64,000 bases of DNA, taken from positions 4,368 through 68,367 of the forward strand of contig CAMDFL010000002.1 in NCBI GenBank assembly GCA_945897475.1, given 5' to 3'. This DNA is from Bordetella parapertussis. GTDB taxonomy: Bacteria; Pseudomonadota; Gammaproteobacteria; Burkholderiales; SG8-39. A model generated the notes under the pieces. That model had not been told where the DNA came from. It saw only the letters and a program-made list of their open reading frames with translations, and ran no database searches. How positions within the stretch are numbered: position 1 is the stretch's first letter; the number at the start of each line of letters is the position of its first letter. The translations under genes were made by a program, and so were the position numbers. This document shows positions 18,393 through 27,728 of this stretch, in pieces.

Positions 18393-19903
18393 GTTCGCGA
18401 TTGAATAACGGCTCGAATCTTATTTCGACCGGTGCGGACTGGAGCTTCGATCTGATCGAACGCTACGATGTCGAAATTGCCAAATGCGCCGCGGAATTCG
18501 GACTGGACACCTATCCGAATCAGATTGAAATCATTACTTCTGAGCAGATGCTGGACGCCTACGCTTCCACCGGCTTGCCAATCGGCTATCAGCATTGGTC
18601 CTACGGCAAGGAGTTCATCGCCAACGAACAGGCTTATCGAAAGGGACAACAAGGCCTGGCGTACGAAATCGTCATCAACTCGAACCCCTGCATCGCCTAT
18701 CTGATGGAGGAGAACTCGATGATGATGCAGGCCCTGGTGATCGCGCATGCGAGCTACGGCCACAATTCGTTCTTCAAGGGCAATTTCTTGTTTCGTCAGT
18801 GGACCGAGGCTGATGCCATTGTTGACTACCTGGTGTTTGCACGCCGCTACGTGATGGATTGCGAAGAGCGTTATGGCAATGCGCAGGTCGAAGAAATGCT
18901 TGATTCCTGCCATGCGCTGATGAACTACGGAGTGCATCGCTATCGCCGTCCGGTGGCACTTTCGCTTAAGGAGGAGCAGGCGCGAAGCACGCAGCGTCTC
19001 GAACACGAGCGAAGGCAGGTCAACGAGTTGTGGCGCACGCTGCCGGAGCGACGCCAAGCGGCGCACGCTGACGAAAAATCCTTGTTTCCCGCCGCGCCGG
19101 AGGAAAACATTCTCTGGTTCATCGAGAAATTCGCGCCACTGCTGGAACCCTGGCAGAGAGAAATCGTTCGCATCGTGCGCAAGCTCGCCCAGTATTTCTA
19201 CCCGCAGGGGCAAACCAAGGTGATGAACGAGGGATGGGCGACGTTCTGGCATTACACGCTGATCAATCGCTTGTACGACAAGGGGCTGGTCAACGACGGT
19301 TTCATGATCGAATTCCTGCAAAGCCACACCAACGTGGTGGGCCAGCGTGGTTTCGACCAAGCGGGCTATTCCGGCATCAACCCCTATGCGCTGGGATTTT
19401 CGATGATGCAGGACCTGCGCCGGATCTGCGAGAAACCCACGCCCGAGGACCGGCGCTGGTTTCCGGACATCGCCGGCGCCGATTGGATGCGCGTATTGGA
19501 TTTCGCCATGCGGAATTTCAAGGATGAGTCGTTTATCTCCCAGTATCTATCGCCGCGGCTCATCCGCGAATTTCACTTGTTCGCGGTGGCCGATCACGCG
19601 ACCAAGGCGGAACTCGAAATCGACAGCATTCACGACGACGCCGGTTACAAGCGGGTGCGCCGCCTTTTGTCCGAACAGAACAAGCGCGATACCCAGGTGC
19701 CCGATATCCAGGTGGTTCGTTACCAGAAGCACGGCGACCGTTCCCTGGTTCTCGCGCACCAGAAGCAGCGCGAACGCCCGCTTGCGGTGGATGAGGCTCG
19801 AGAGGTGCTCAAGCACCTTGAACGCTTATGGGGCTTTCGGGTTTTTCTCGAGACGGTTGGGGATGAAGGTCATGTCGATTCAATTTTGGAGTGCACAACA
19901 TGA
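18389..19903 (+). CDS. ycgB: SpoVR/YcgB family protein
   Basis: Overlaps the yeaH stop by 4 nt. Blocks YPNQIEIITSEQMLDAYAS, GLAYEIVINSNP, HASYGHNSFFK and VMNEGWATFWHY are SpoVR-family hallmarks. Confidence 0.9.
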   Translation: MSSRLNNGSNLISTGADWSFDLIERYDVEIAKCAAEFGLDTYPNQIEIITSEQMLDAYASTGLPIGYQHWSYGKEFIANEQAYRKGQQGLAYEIVINSNPCIAYLMEENSMMMQALVIAHASYGHNSFFKGNFLFRQWTEADAIVDYLVFARRYVMDCEERYGNAQVEEMLDSCHALMNYGVHRYRRPVALSLKEEQARSTQRLEHERRQVNELWRTLPERRQAAHADEKSLFPAAPEENILWFIEKFAPLLEPWQREIVRIVRKLAQYFYPQGQTKVMNEGWATFWHYTLINRLYDKGLVNDGFMIEFLQSHTNVVGQRGFDQAGYSGINPYALGFSMMQDLRRICEKPTPEDRRWFPDIAGADWMRVLDFAMRNFKDESFISQYLSPRLIREFHLFAVADHATKAELEIDSIHDDAGYKRVRRLLSEQNKRDTQVPDIQVVRYQKHGDRSLVLAHQKQRERPLAVDEAREVLKHLERLWGFRVFLETVGDEGHVDSILECTT

Positions 19904-20088
19904 AGATCAGTATGCAAATGGGTGGCACGACATCGGGCGGGATGAAAGACGGTGAAACGAAGATGCGCCATCCGGCGCGTGAGCTTGAATGCAAAGCCGA
20001 GCCTGAATCCGACGCGTGGGTCGACAACCTGATCGGTGCCGCCGGACTCGCGCTTGCCGCCTGGATGGTGGTTTTTTTCTCCGGCTAA
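19900..20088 (+). CDS. small hypothetical membrane protein
   Basis: ATG overlaps the spoVR stop (ATGA at 19900-19903). 62 aa with one C-terminal hydrophobic helix (LIGAAGLALAAWMVVFF). Supported only by translational coupling. Confidence 0.35.
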   Translation: MKISMQMGGTTSGGMKDGETKMRHPARELECKAEPESDAWVDNLIGAAGLALAAWMVVFFSG

Positions 20089-20121
20089 AGTCAGGACAAG
20101 CTGGTTGATGGGAATGCCAAC

Positions 20122-21255
20122 TCAGTCGGAATCGATCGCTCCGCGATCAATCTCGCGCACGCTTTGCAAGCCCAGAAACCCAAGCGCCGAAATCATGTCG
20201 GTCTTGAATATATCGATGGCTCGCTCGACGCCTGTTTCGCCCGCGGCACCCACGGCATAGGCGTAGGCGCGGCCGAGCAAACACGCGTCGGCGCCCAGTG
20301 CCATGGCTTTGAGCACGTCTTGACCGCGGCGCACACCGCTGTCGAAAAGAATGGCAATACGCCCCTTCACCGCGTCGGCGATGCGCGGCAAAACACGGAT
20401 AGTTGAGCTGACGCCGTCCATCTGCCGCCCGCCGTGGTTGGAGACCACGATGCCGTCAACCCCGTGTTCGATGGCAAGCAACGCATCCTCGGCCGCCATG
20501 ATGCCCTTGATCACCAGCTTGCCGCGCCACTTGGCACGCAGTTTGGCGATGTCGTTCCAATTCAAAGTATCGTCCTGTCCGCCACCCACTGCCATGCGCA
20601 GCACCGGATTGAAGTTGCGTCTGCCGCCAGGGAAATTGCCGTAGGCAAGTCGCGGTCCCATCGCCACATCGCGAAGCCAATCGAAGCGGGACATCATGTC
20701 GAGCACATTGGCCGGTGTGGCGCGTAGCGGAACGGTGAAGCCATTGCGTATGCTCTGCTCGCGCTTGGCCATGATCTGCGAATCGATCGTGATCATCAGC
20801 ACCGGGCAGCCGGCTTTTTCGGCGCGCTCCACCAGCGCATAGGCATGCGCGCGATCCTGGTTCATATAAAGCTGGAACCAGTAGGGCTTGGACCGCGCCT
20901 CGCGCACTTCTTCGATAGAGCAAATCGAGCCTGTGGACAGGCAGGATTGGATGCCCGCGCGTTCGGCCGCGCGCGCCGCGCCCACTTCGCCGCGTCTGGC
21001 GAAGGCACCTAACGAACCCACCGGCCCGAGGATGATGGGCATGGAAAGCTCCTCGCCCAGCACCGTCGTGGCAAGACTGCGTTTCGACACATCGATCAAC
21101 ACGCGCTGCTTGAAGCGAATGGCGTCCAGATCCGCGCGATTGGCGCGCAATGTGATCTGTTCGAACGAACCGCCTTCGATGTAATCGTAGATGACTTTCG
21201 GCAGGCGGCGTTTGGCCAGGATGCGGAAGTCTTCGATGTTGACGGCTTGCGGCAT
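20122..21255 (-). CDS. FMN-dependent alpha-hydroxy-acid dehydrogenase/oxidase (L-lactate/mandelate dehydrogenase family)
   Basis: N-terminal IEDFRILAKRRLPKVIYDYIEGGS and SNHGGRQMDG active-site block typical of LldD/glycolate-oxidase family. Confidence 0.9.
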   Translation of the reverse strand: MPQAVNIEDFRILAKRRLPKVIYDYIEGGSFEQITLRANRADLDAIRFKQRVLIDVSKRSLATTVLGEELSMPIILGPVGSLGAFARRGEVGAARAAERAGIQSCLSTGSICSIEEVREARSKPYWFQLYMNQDRAHAYALVERAEKAGCPVLMITIDSQIMAKREQSIRNGFTVPLRATPANVLDMMSRFDWLRDVAMGPRLAYGNFPGGRRNFNPVLRMAVGGGQDDTLNWNDIAKLRAKWRGKLVIKGIMAAEDALLAIEHGVDGIVVSNHGGRQMDGVSSTIRVLPRIADAVKGRIAILFDSGVRRGQDVLKAMALGADACLLGRAYAYAVGAAGETGVERAIDIFKTDMISALGFLGLQSVREIDRGAIDSD

Positions 21256-21332
21256 GCTTACCCCACGTAACTTATCAAATCATTAACATTAGTTTAACAA
21301 AATCAATTTTGCGCGATCCAGGGAGAAAAAGC

Positions 21333-21620
21333 ATGTTCGCAAAACTGGTTGTTGCACTGGCGATTTCCACGGTTACAGCTTTGGCTTCGGCGCAAGCCTA
21401 TCCAGTCAGGCCCATTACCGTGATCGTTCCCTTCGCCGCCGGCGGTCCCGGCGACGCGCTGATACGAAGCTTCGCGCTGGCGCTCAGCAAGAACCTCAAA
21501 CAATCGCTGCTCATCGAAAACGCCGGCATCGGCGGGCCCGCGGGTTTGCAGGCCTGTATCAAATCCGAAGTAGAGAAGTGGACATCCTTGCTGCGGGCCG
21601 CGGTAGCGCCGCAGGAGTGA
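21333..21620 (+). pseudogene. Bug/TctC-family gene remnant (in-frame internal deletion)
   Basis: 95-aa ORF. It has a normal Bug signal peptide and start (AQAYPVRPITVIVPFAAGGPGD ... LLIENAGIGG) joined directly to a Bug-type C-terminal tail (EVEKWTSLLRAAVAPQE). About 230 aa of the usual ~320 are missing. Confidence 0.7.
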
Positions 21621-21721
21621 GTGTTTATTGCCAGGAGGGTAATTTATAACTTATAAAATGTGTCACTAGCAACGACCAACCCATATTGAACATTGACATC
21701 TCATTATTGGACTTAGCCAGG

Positions 21722-24700
21722 CTAATCCGTGCGTCCCTGTAAAAATTCAGACAAGACCCGCGCGGTATGAGAACTCGCGGCGTGTTTGAGAATATTCACC
21801 GGCGCGCCTTGCGCCACGACACGGCCGCCGGCGTCGCCGCCTTCGGGCCCCAGGTCGATGATCCAATCCGCCTCGGCCATGACATCGAGGTTGTGTTCTA
21901 TCACCACTACGGTGTTTCCCGCATCGACCAGGCGGTGCAGAACGCGGGTGAGTTTTTCCACGTCGGCCATGTGCAAGCCGACGGTGGGTTCATCGAGCAC
22001 GTAAAGCGTGGAGGCTTGCGTGCCACCTCGCCCCGGCCGCGCAGCGGCATTGCCCATGGCATCCAGGCGGACCTTGGATAACTCGGTGACCAGCTTGATG
22101 CGTTGCGCTTCGCCGCCTGACAGAGTCGGGCTTTGCTGGCCGAGCGTGAGATAGCCAAGGCCTACATCCTGCAGCAATCGCAATGCGTGGTGAATCGAGG
22201 TGTGCGCGGCGAAGAACTCCACTCCTTCGTCGACGCTCATCGCCAGCACTTCGCCAATCGATTTGCCCTTCCATTGCACCGAAAGCGTTTCCGGATTGAA
22301 GCGCGCGCCGCGGCAACTGTCGCAAAGCACCTTGACATCGGGGAGGAAGCTCATTTCGATGCGGCGCACGCCCTGGCCTTCGCAGGCTTCGCAGCGTCCG
22401 CCCGCGGTGTTGAACGAAAAGCGCGATGCGGTCCAGCCGCGCATTCGCGATTCATTCGATTCGGCGTAAAGGCGTCGCACCGCGTCCCAGAAGCCGACGT
22501 AGGTGGCAGGACAGGAGCGCGGCGTTTTGCCGATAGGTGTCTGATCGACTTCCAGAACGCGGCCCACTAGACCCAGGTTGCGAATTTCGCGGCAGCCGCC
22601 GTACACCTGCTGTTGGCCGGCATGTTGGCGAGGGTGTTGGGCGCGCGCAACGGCGTGCACCGCATTGGGGTGCAGCACGTCGCGGGCGAGGGTCGACTTT
22701 CCAGAGCCGGATACGCCGGTAATCACGGTAAGCCTTCCCAGCGGCACCCGCACATTGACGTTCTTTAAGTTGTGCAGGTTCGCGCCCTGAATTTCAATGG
22801 ACGGGGTGTCGTGCGCCACAGGATGTTTCGCCTTCGACGAATGCCGCAAAGGGTGTTTTAAATAGTGTCCTGTGATTGAATCGGTGTTGTTCATCAGCTG
22901 CTCGGCCGTTCCCATGGCCATGACGTATCCGCCGAGTTTCCCCGCGCCGGGGCCAAGGTCGAGAACCTGTGAGGCGCGGCGTATGGTGTCCTCATCATGC
23001 TCCACCACGATCAGGGTGTTGCCTTTCTGTTGCAGCTTTTGCAGTGTGTCGAGCAGTATGCGGTTGTCGCGCGGATGTAGGCCTATTGTCGGTTCATCGA
23101 GCACATAGCACACACCGCGCAGGTTGGATCCCAGTTGCGCGGCCAGGCGTATGCGCTGGGCTTCCCCCCCCGAGAGCGTGGGAGCGGCGCGATCGAGCGC
23201 GAGATATCCCAGTCCTACTTCCGCAAGGAATGACAAGCGCGAGCGCAGTTCGGCGAGAATGTCACGGGCGATTTCCGCGTCTCGACCGGCCAATCGAATG
23301 TCGGTGAAAATGGTTCCAAGTTTGTCGATAGGCAGGGCGGCGAGTTCGGAAATAGAGCGATCGATATAGCGCACTGCCAGGGCTTCTGGATTAAGACGTG
23401 CGCCATGGCAATGCCCACAATTCTCTGTAACGCCGTCAAACCATTCGTTCCAGTAAATTTCCTCGCCGGTTTGTTCCTGGTCGAATCCGGAGAGCGCCAG
23501 GCCGGTGCCGTAGCACGTCTGGCACCAGCCATGCCGTGAATTAAAAGAAAACAGGCGCGGATCGAGCTCGGCGAAGCTGCGAGCGCAGCATGGGCAGGCG
23601 CGCTTGGTGGAGAAGAAGCGTTGCTCCAGATCGACCTCCACGGTCCTGCCGGATTTAATTGCCGTTTCGTAGGCGCTCGCCAGGCGATCCAGCGGCGCCT
23701 GCACCAGCACCACGCCCTTGCCAAAATCCAGTGCGGAGACGAGCGCTGCGCGCAGTGCTTTCTCATCCGAGGCGCAAACCGTCAAATCGGCGACCGGCAA
23801 TTCGATGCTGTGCTCGCGAAAGCGATCCAGGCGCGGCCAGGCGGCGGTTGCCATGAACTCACCATCCACGCGCAGGTGCGTGTAGCCCTTGCCTAGCGCC
23901 CATTTGGCGAGGTCGGTATAGAAACCCTTGCGATTGACAATCAATGGGGCAAGCAATCCAATGCGCATGCCTTTGTAGTCGCGAAGCAGGCGCGCGGCTA
24001 TCGCATCAATGCTCTGCGGTTCTATGGGGACATCGCATGCGGGGCAATGCTGGGTGCCCAGTTTCACGTAGAGCAATCGCAAGAAGTGATAGATCTCCGT
24101 GAGTGTGGCAACCGTGCTCTTCCTGCCGCCGCGGCTGGTGCGCTGTTCGATGGCCACAGTCGGCGGGATGCCGAAGATGGCATCGACATCGGGTTTGGAT
24201 GCCGGTTGCACGAATTGGCGCGCATAGGCATTCAAGGATTCCAGATAGCGCCGCTGCCCTTCGGCGAAGATGATGTCGAAAGCCAGGGTCGATTTGCCCG
24301 ATCCGGAGACACCGGTGATCACGGTAAATTGGTTTCGCGGTATCTCGACATCGATCCCCTTCAGATTGTGTTCGCGCGCGTTGTGAATCGTTATTGCGGC
24401 GGGTGTTCGCAGCGCCGATTGCAGCGGACGGCCCAGGGAGGAAACCGAGGCGGCATCGCGCATGACAGGCGCGCAGGGCGCGAATGATGCGTGGTACTCG
24501 CGCAGTGACTGTGCCGTATGCGATGTCGGATGCAGGGCAACTTCCAATGGCGTGCCGCAGCAAACGATCTCGCCGCCGGCATCGCCGCCTTCAGGGCCGA
24601 GATCGATGATCCAGTCCGAGGCGCGAATGACATCGAGATTATGTTCGATGACAATCAGCGAGTGACCCGCGGCGATCAGGCGGCGAAAGGCGCGCAGCAG

Positions 24701-27523
24701 TTTGGCGATGTCCTCGAAATGTAATCCTGTCGTTGGCTCATCAAAAAGAAATAACTTGCCGACCATGCCTGTGTTGTCGTTCAGGGGGAGGGCTTTGCCC
24801 CGGTTCCTGGCCTTCGGGGACTTGTGCTTTGGTGCAGCGGTTTCGGCAAGGTGCCCGGCAAGTTTCAAGCGCTGCGCCTCGCCGCCGGAGAGCGTGGGCA
24901 CGGGTTGTCCCAGCCGCAGATACTCCAGGCCCACTTCGGCCAGGGGCGCCAGCACACGCTGCACTTCCGCATCCGCGGCAAAGAAATCGAGCGCCTCCGA
25001 GATGGTGAGTTCAAGCACATCGGCAATCGACTTGCCACGCACTTCAACTTCAATGATCTCTTCGCGAAATCGCCGCCCGTTGCAATCCGGGCAGCGCAGG
25101 TACACGTCCGACAGGAACTGCATCTCAACATGCTCGAAGCCGCTGCCGGTGCAACCCGGGCAGCGCCCGTTGCCCGAATTGAAGCTGAAGGTGCCGGCGG
25201 TGTATTGGCGCTCCTTGGCAATCGCGGTTTTCGCAAAGAGTTCGCGAATCGCATCCCAGGCGCCGACGTAGCTTGCCGGGTTGGAGCGCGTGGTGCGGCC
25301 GATGGGCGTCTGGTCGACCATCACCACCTCATCGATCAACTCATGACCGCGCAGGGCTCGATGCGCGCCCGGCGTTTCGGTGGGTTTGCCCTTGGCGCGG
25401 CGCAAGGCGGCGTGCAGAACATCCTGAACAATTGTCGACTTTCCAGATCCAGAAACGCCTGTTATACAAACCAATCGTTGAAGTGGAATACCAATATCGA
25501 TATTTTTAAGATTGTGTTCCGTGGCGCCAAGCAGCTCCAGCCTGGGCGCGGCGGCATCGATGGCGACACTCGTCATCCCCGCGTCGGCTCGCCTGCGGCC
25601 TGATAAATACTCTGCGGTCAGCGATCCATCCGCTTTCAATTCCTCTGGCGTGCCGAAGAACACGACCTCGCCGCCTTTTTCGCCCGGCCCCGGGCCCATA
25701 TCCAGAACGCGATCGGCGGCGAACATGATTTGCGGATCGTGCTCCACCACCAATAGGGAATTGCCGGCGTCGCGAAGCCGCTGCATCACACCGATTACCC
25801 GGCCCATGTCGCGCGGATGCAAGCCTATCGAGGGTTCATCCAGAACGAACAGCGTATTCACGAGCGATGTGCCAAGCGCGGTGGTGAGGTTGATGCGCTG
25901 CACCTCGCCACCTGAGAGCGTGCGCGATTGGCGGTCGAGTGTCAGGTATCCGAGGCCCACATCCTCCAGATAGCGCAGCCGTGAACGCAATTCGGTGAGC
26001 AGCAGATCGGTAGCCTGATCCAATGGCGCGGGCAGGTGCAGCCCATCGATGAAGCGCCGCACGCGATCAATCGGCAACAGCATCAGGTCGTGCAGGCAAA
26101 GTCCGGGCAGTTCGCCCAGGCGCTGGTCGCTGAATTTCACGCCGTTGGCGCGGAAACGCCGGTAGCTGCCCTGGTAGGTTTTGCTGCCGGTATCCCCCAG
26201 CGCCTGATCCGCATCGTCGCGCGAGCCGGCGCGCCACAGCAGCGCATCCAATTTCAGTCGTGCGCCGCCGCAATCACTGCAAGGCGTATAGGCTCGGTAC
26301 TTGGAGAGCAGCACGCGAACGTGCATTTTATAGGCCTTGCTCTCCAGCCATTTGAAAAACCGCGCCACGCCATACCACACGCCGGGCCAGCTTTTCTTCC
26401 AGTTGATCCACTCGGGTTCGCCCTCGAATACCCAGGAACGTTGTTCGGGGGTGAGATCACGGAACGGCGTGTCCAGGGGTATGCCGCGTTTTCTGGCGTA
26501 ATTTTCAATATCGTCCTGGCAGTCATGGAAGGAGGGCGTTTGCCAGGGACGTATCGCGCCTTCGCCCAAAGTTTTCGCTTCATCAGGAACGATCAGGCCG
26601 TAGTCAATGCCTATGACTCGGCCAAAGCCGCGGCAGGCGTCACAGGCGCCCAAGGGAGAATTGAATGAGAACAGGCTGGGTACCGGATCGGCATAGTGAA
26701 TATTGCATTCGGCGCAATGCAGGTCGGCGGAAAATCGCCAAACCGGCGCGCTTGTCATTTCTGTGACGGGGACGGCTGAGGCAGCTTCTGTTGCCGCCTG
26801 GGCCGAAGCCTCGCCCGGGACGTGCACATTGACTTTGCCCTGTCCCAGCTTGAGTGCGGCTTCGATGGCCTCGATTACCCGCGAGCGTTCCGCCGTGGAC
26901 AATCGGATACGGTCCTGGACCACTTCCAGGGATTCACTGGTGCGAGAGTGAATACGTTCGTAGCCCTGGCCCTTCAGCGCGGCAAGAACTTCCTCTTCCT
27001 TGAAATTCTTCGGCACCGGAACCGGAAATGTGATGATGAGGCGCGGATCGTTATGCTCGGTGGCCAAGGTCCGCATGCGAGAATAAATTTCATCCGGCGT
27101 GTCGCGTGATACTGCTTCGCCGCAGTCGCGGCATATGAGTTTCGATGCGCGCGCAAACAGCAATTTCAAATGATCGTTTAACTCGGTCATCGTTCCTACG
27201 GTGGAACGCGAAGTGCGCACCGGATTGGTCTGATCAATGGCGATGGCCGGCGGGATGCCCTCGATGGCATCTACCTGGGGCTTGTCCATGCGATCGAGAA
27301 ACTGGCGTGCGTAGGGGCTGAAGGTCTCAACGTAGCGGCGCTGCCCCTCGGCATAGAGCGTGTCGAAGACGAGCGAACTCTTGCCGGACCCGGACACACC
27401 GGTGACTACAATAAGCTCGCCCGTAGGCAGCGAAAGCGTCAGGTTCTTGAGATTGTTCTGGCGGGCGCCGCGAACTACGATGGTCTCTATCCCCTGCGCC
27501 GGGAGGTCTTTCAGATTCGTCAT
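21722..27523 (-). CDS. double-length UvrA-like ABC ATPase (two tandem UvrA units, four nucleotide-binding domains)
   Basis: Single 1933-codon ORF. It has four GVSGSGKS Walker A motifs (aa 42, 689, 1071, 1603), four TLSGGE signatures, four LDEP..(V/I)EH Walker B/H-loop blocks and CxxC zinc modules in both halves. The N-terminal string RGARQNNLKN and the DLGPEGGDAGG ends are UvrA hallmarks. Confidence 0.9.
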   Translation of the reverse strand: MTNLKDLPAQGIETIVVRGARQNNLKNLTLSLPTGELIVVTGVSGSGKSSLVFDTLYAEGQRRYVETFSPYARQFLDRMDKPQVDAIEGIPPAIAIDQTNPVRTSRSTVGTMTELNDHLKLLFARASKLICRDCGEAVSRDTPDEIYSRMRTLATEHNDPRLIITFPVPVPKNFKEEEVLAALKGQGYERIHSRTSESLEVVQDRIRLSTAERSRVIEAIEAALKLGQGKVNVHVPGEASAQAATEAASAVPVTEMTSAPVWRFSADLHCAECNIHYADPVPSLFSFNSPLGACDACRGFGRVIGIDYGLIVPDEAKTLGEGAIRPWQTPSFHDCQDDIENYARKRGIPLDTPFRDLTPEQRSWVFEGEPEWINWKKSWPGVWYGVARFFKWLESKAYKMHVRVLLSKYRAYTPCSDCGGARLKLDALLWRAGSRDDADQALGDTGSKTYQGSYRRFRANGVKFSDQRLGELPGLCLHDLMLLPIDRVRRFIDGLHLPAPLDQATDLLLTELRSRLRYLEDVGLGYLTLDRQSRTLSGGEVQRINLTTALGTSLVNTLFVLDEPSIGLHPRDMGRVIGVMQRLRDAGNSLLVVEHDPQIMFAADRVLDMGPGPGEKGGEVVFFGTPEELKADGSLTAEYLSGRRRADAGMTSVAIDAAAPRLELLGATEHNLKNIDIGIPLQRLVCITGVSGSGKSTIVQDVLHAALRRAKGKPTETPGAHRALRGHELIDEVVMVDQTPIGRTTRSNPASYVGAWDAIRELFAKTAIAKERQYTAGTFSFNSGNGRCPGCTGSGFEHVEMQFLSDVYLRCPDCNGRRFREEIIEVEVRGKSIADVLELTISEALDFFAADAEVQRVLAPLAEVGLEYLRLGQPVPTLSGGEAQRLKLAGHLAETAAPKHKSPKARNRGKALPLNDNTGMVGKLFLFDEPTTGLHFEDIAKLLRAFRRLIAAGHSLIVIEHNLDVIRASDWIIDLGPEGGDAGGEIVCCGTPLEVALHPTSHTAQSLREYHASFAPCAPVMRDAASVSSLGRPLQSALRTPAAITIHNAREHNLKGIDVEIPRNQFTVITGVSGSGKSTLAFDIIFAEGQRRYLESLNAYARQFVQPASKPDVDAIFGIPPTVAIEQRTSRGGRKSTVATLTEIYHFLRLLYVKLGTQHCPACDVPIEPQSIDAIAARLLRDYKGMRIGLLAPLIVNRKGFYTDLAKWALGKGYTHLRVDGEFMATAAWPRLDRFREHSIELPVADLTVCASDEKALRAALVSALDFGKGVVLVQAPLDRLASAYETAIKSGRTVEVDLEQRFFSTKRACPCCARSFAELDPRLFSFNSRHGWCQTCYGTGLALSGFDQEQTGEEIYWNEWFDGVTENCGHCHGARLNPEALAVRYIDRSISELAALPIDKLGTIFTDIRLAGRDAEIARDILAELRSRLSFLAEVGLGYLALDRAAPTLSGGEAQRIRLAAQLGSNLRGVCYVLDEPTIGLHPRDNRILLDTLQKLQQKGNTLIVVEHDEDTIRRASQVLDLGPGAGKLGGYVMAMGTAEQLMNNTDSITGHYLKHPLRHSSKAKHPVAHDTPSIEIQGANLHNLKNVNVRVPLGRLTVITGVSGSGKSTLARDVLHPNAVHAVARAQHPRQHAGQQQVYGGCREIRNLGLVGRVLEVDQTPIGKTPRSCPATYVGFWDAVRRLYAESNESRMRGWTASRFSFNTAGGRCEACEGQGVRRIEMSFLPDVKVLCDSCRGARFNPETLSVQWKGKSIGEVLAMSVDEGVEFFAAHTSIHHALRLLQDVGLGYLTLGQQSPTLSGGEAQRIKLVTELSKVRLDAMGNAAARPGRGGTQASTLYVLDEPTVGLHMADVEKLTRVLHRLVDAGNTVVVIEHNLDVMAEADWIIDLGPEGGDAGGRVVAQGAPVNILKHAASSHTARVLSEFLQGRTD

Positions 27524-27728
27524 TTCTATGCCACCAATTGCAAGCGGGCTTTATAGCATCTTGGACGCGTGATCGTTGCGCATCCGACAAAGCCTGTTTG
27601 CCTTGCTTCTCAGGTGTCTGATCCGCCTTGGCCGAATTTCTCGTCGGTATCGTCCGGATATATCGGATAGGGCCAGCGCAATATCGCCGCTGCGCGCATA
27701 ATTTGACCGGATTTTACGGGGGGGCTGT

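Noticed and set aside
17207-19360. 288-aa and 336-aa reverse-strand ORFs (17207-18073, 18350-19360)
   Set aside because: Antisense to yeaH and spoVR. The first is a Ser/Arg-rich shadow translation.
21767-26951. Many 60-260-aa plus-strand ORFs inside the uvrA-like gene (e.g. 24824-25603, 26036-26668)
   Set aside because: All lie antisense to one continuous 1933-codon ORF with repeated ABC motifs. None has its own motif or ribosome-binding context.
27524-27728. Looked for an SOS (LexA) box upstream of the uvrA-like gene
   Set aside because: No CTGT-N8-ACAG-type dyad is present, only CTGT half-sites belonging to the 15-bp repeat. No claim of SOS control.
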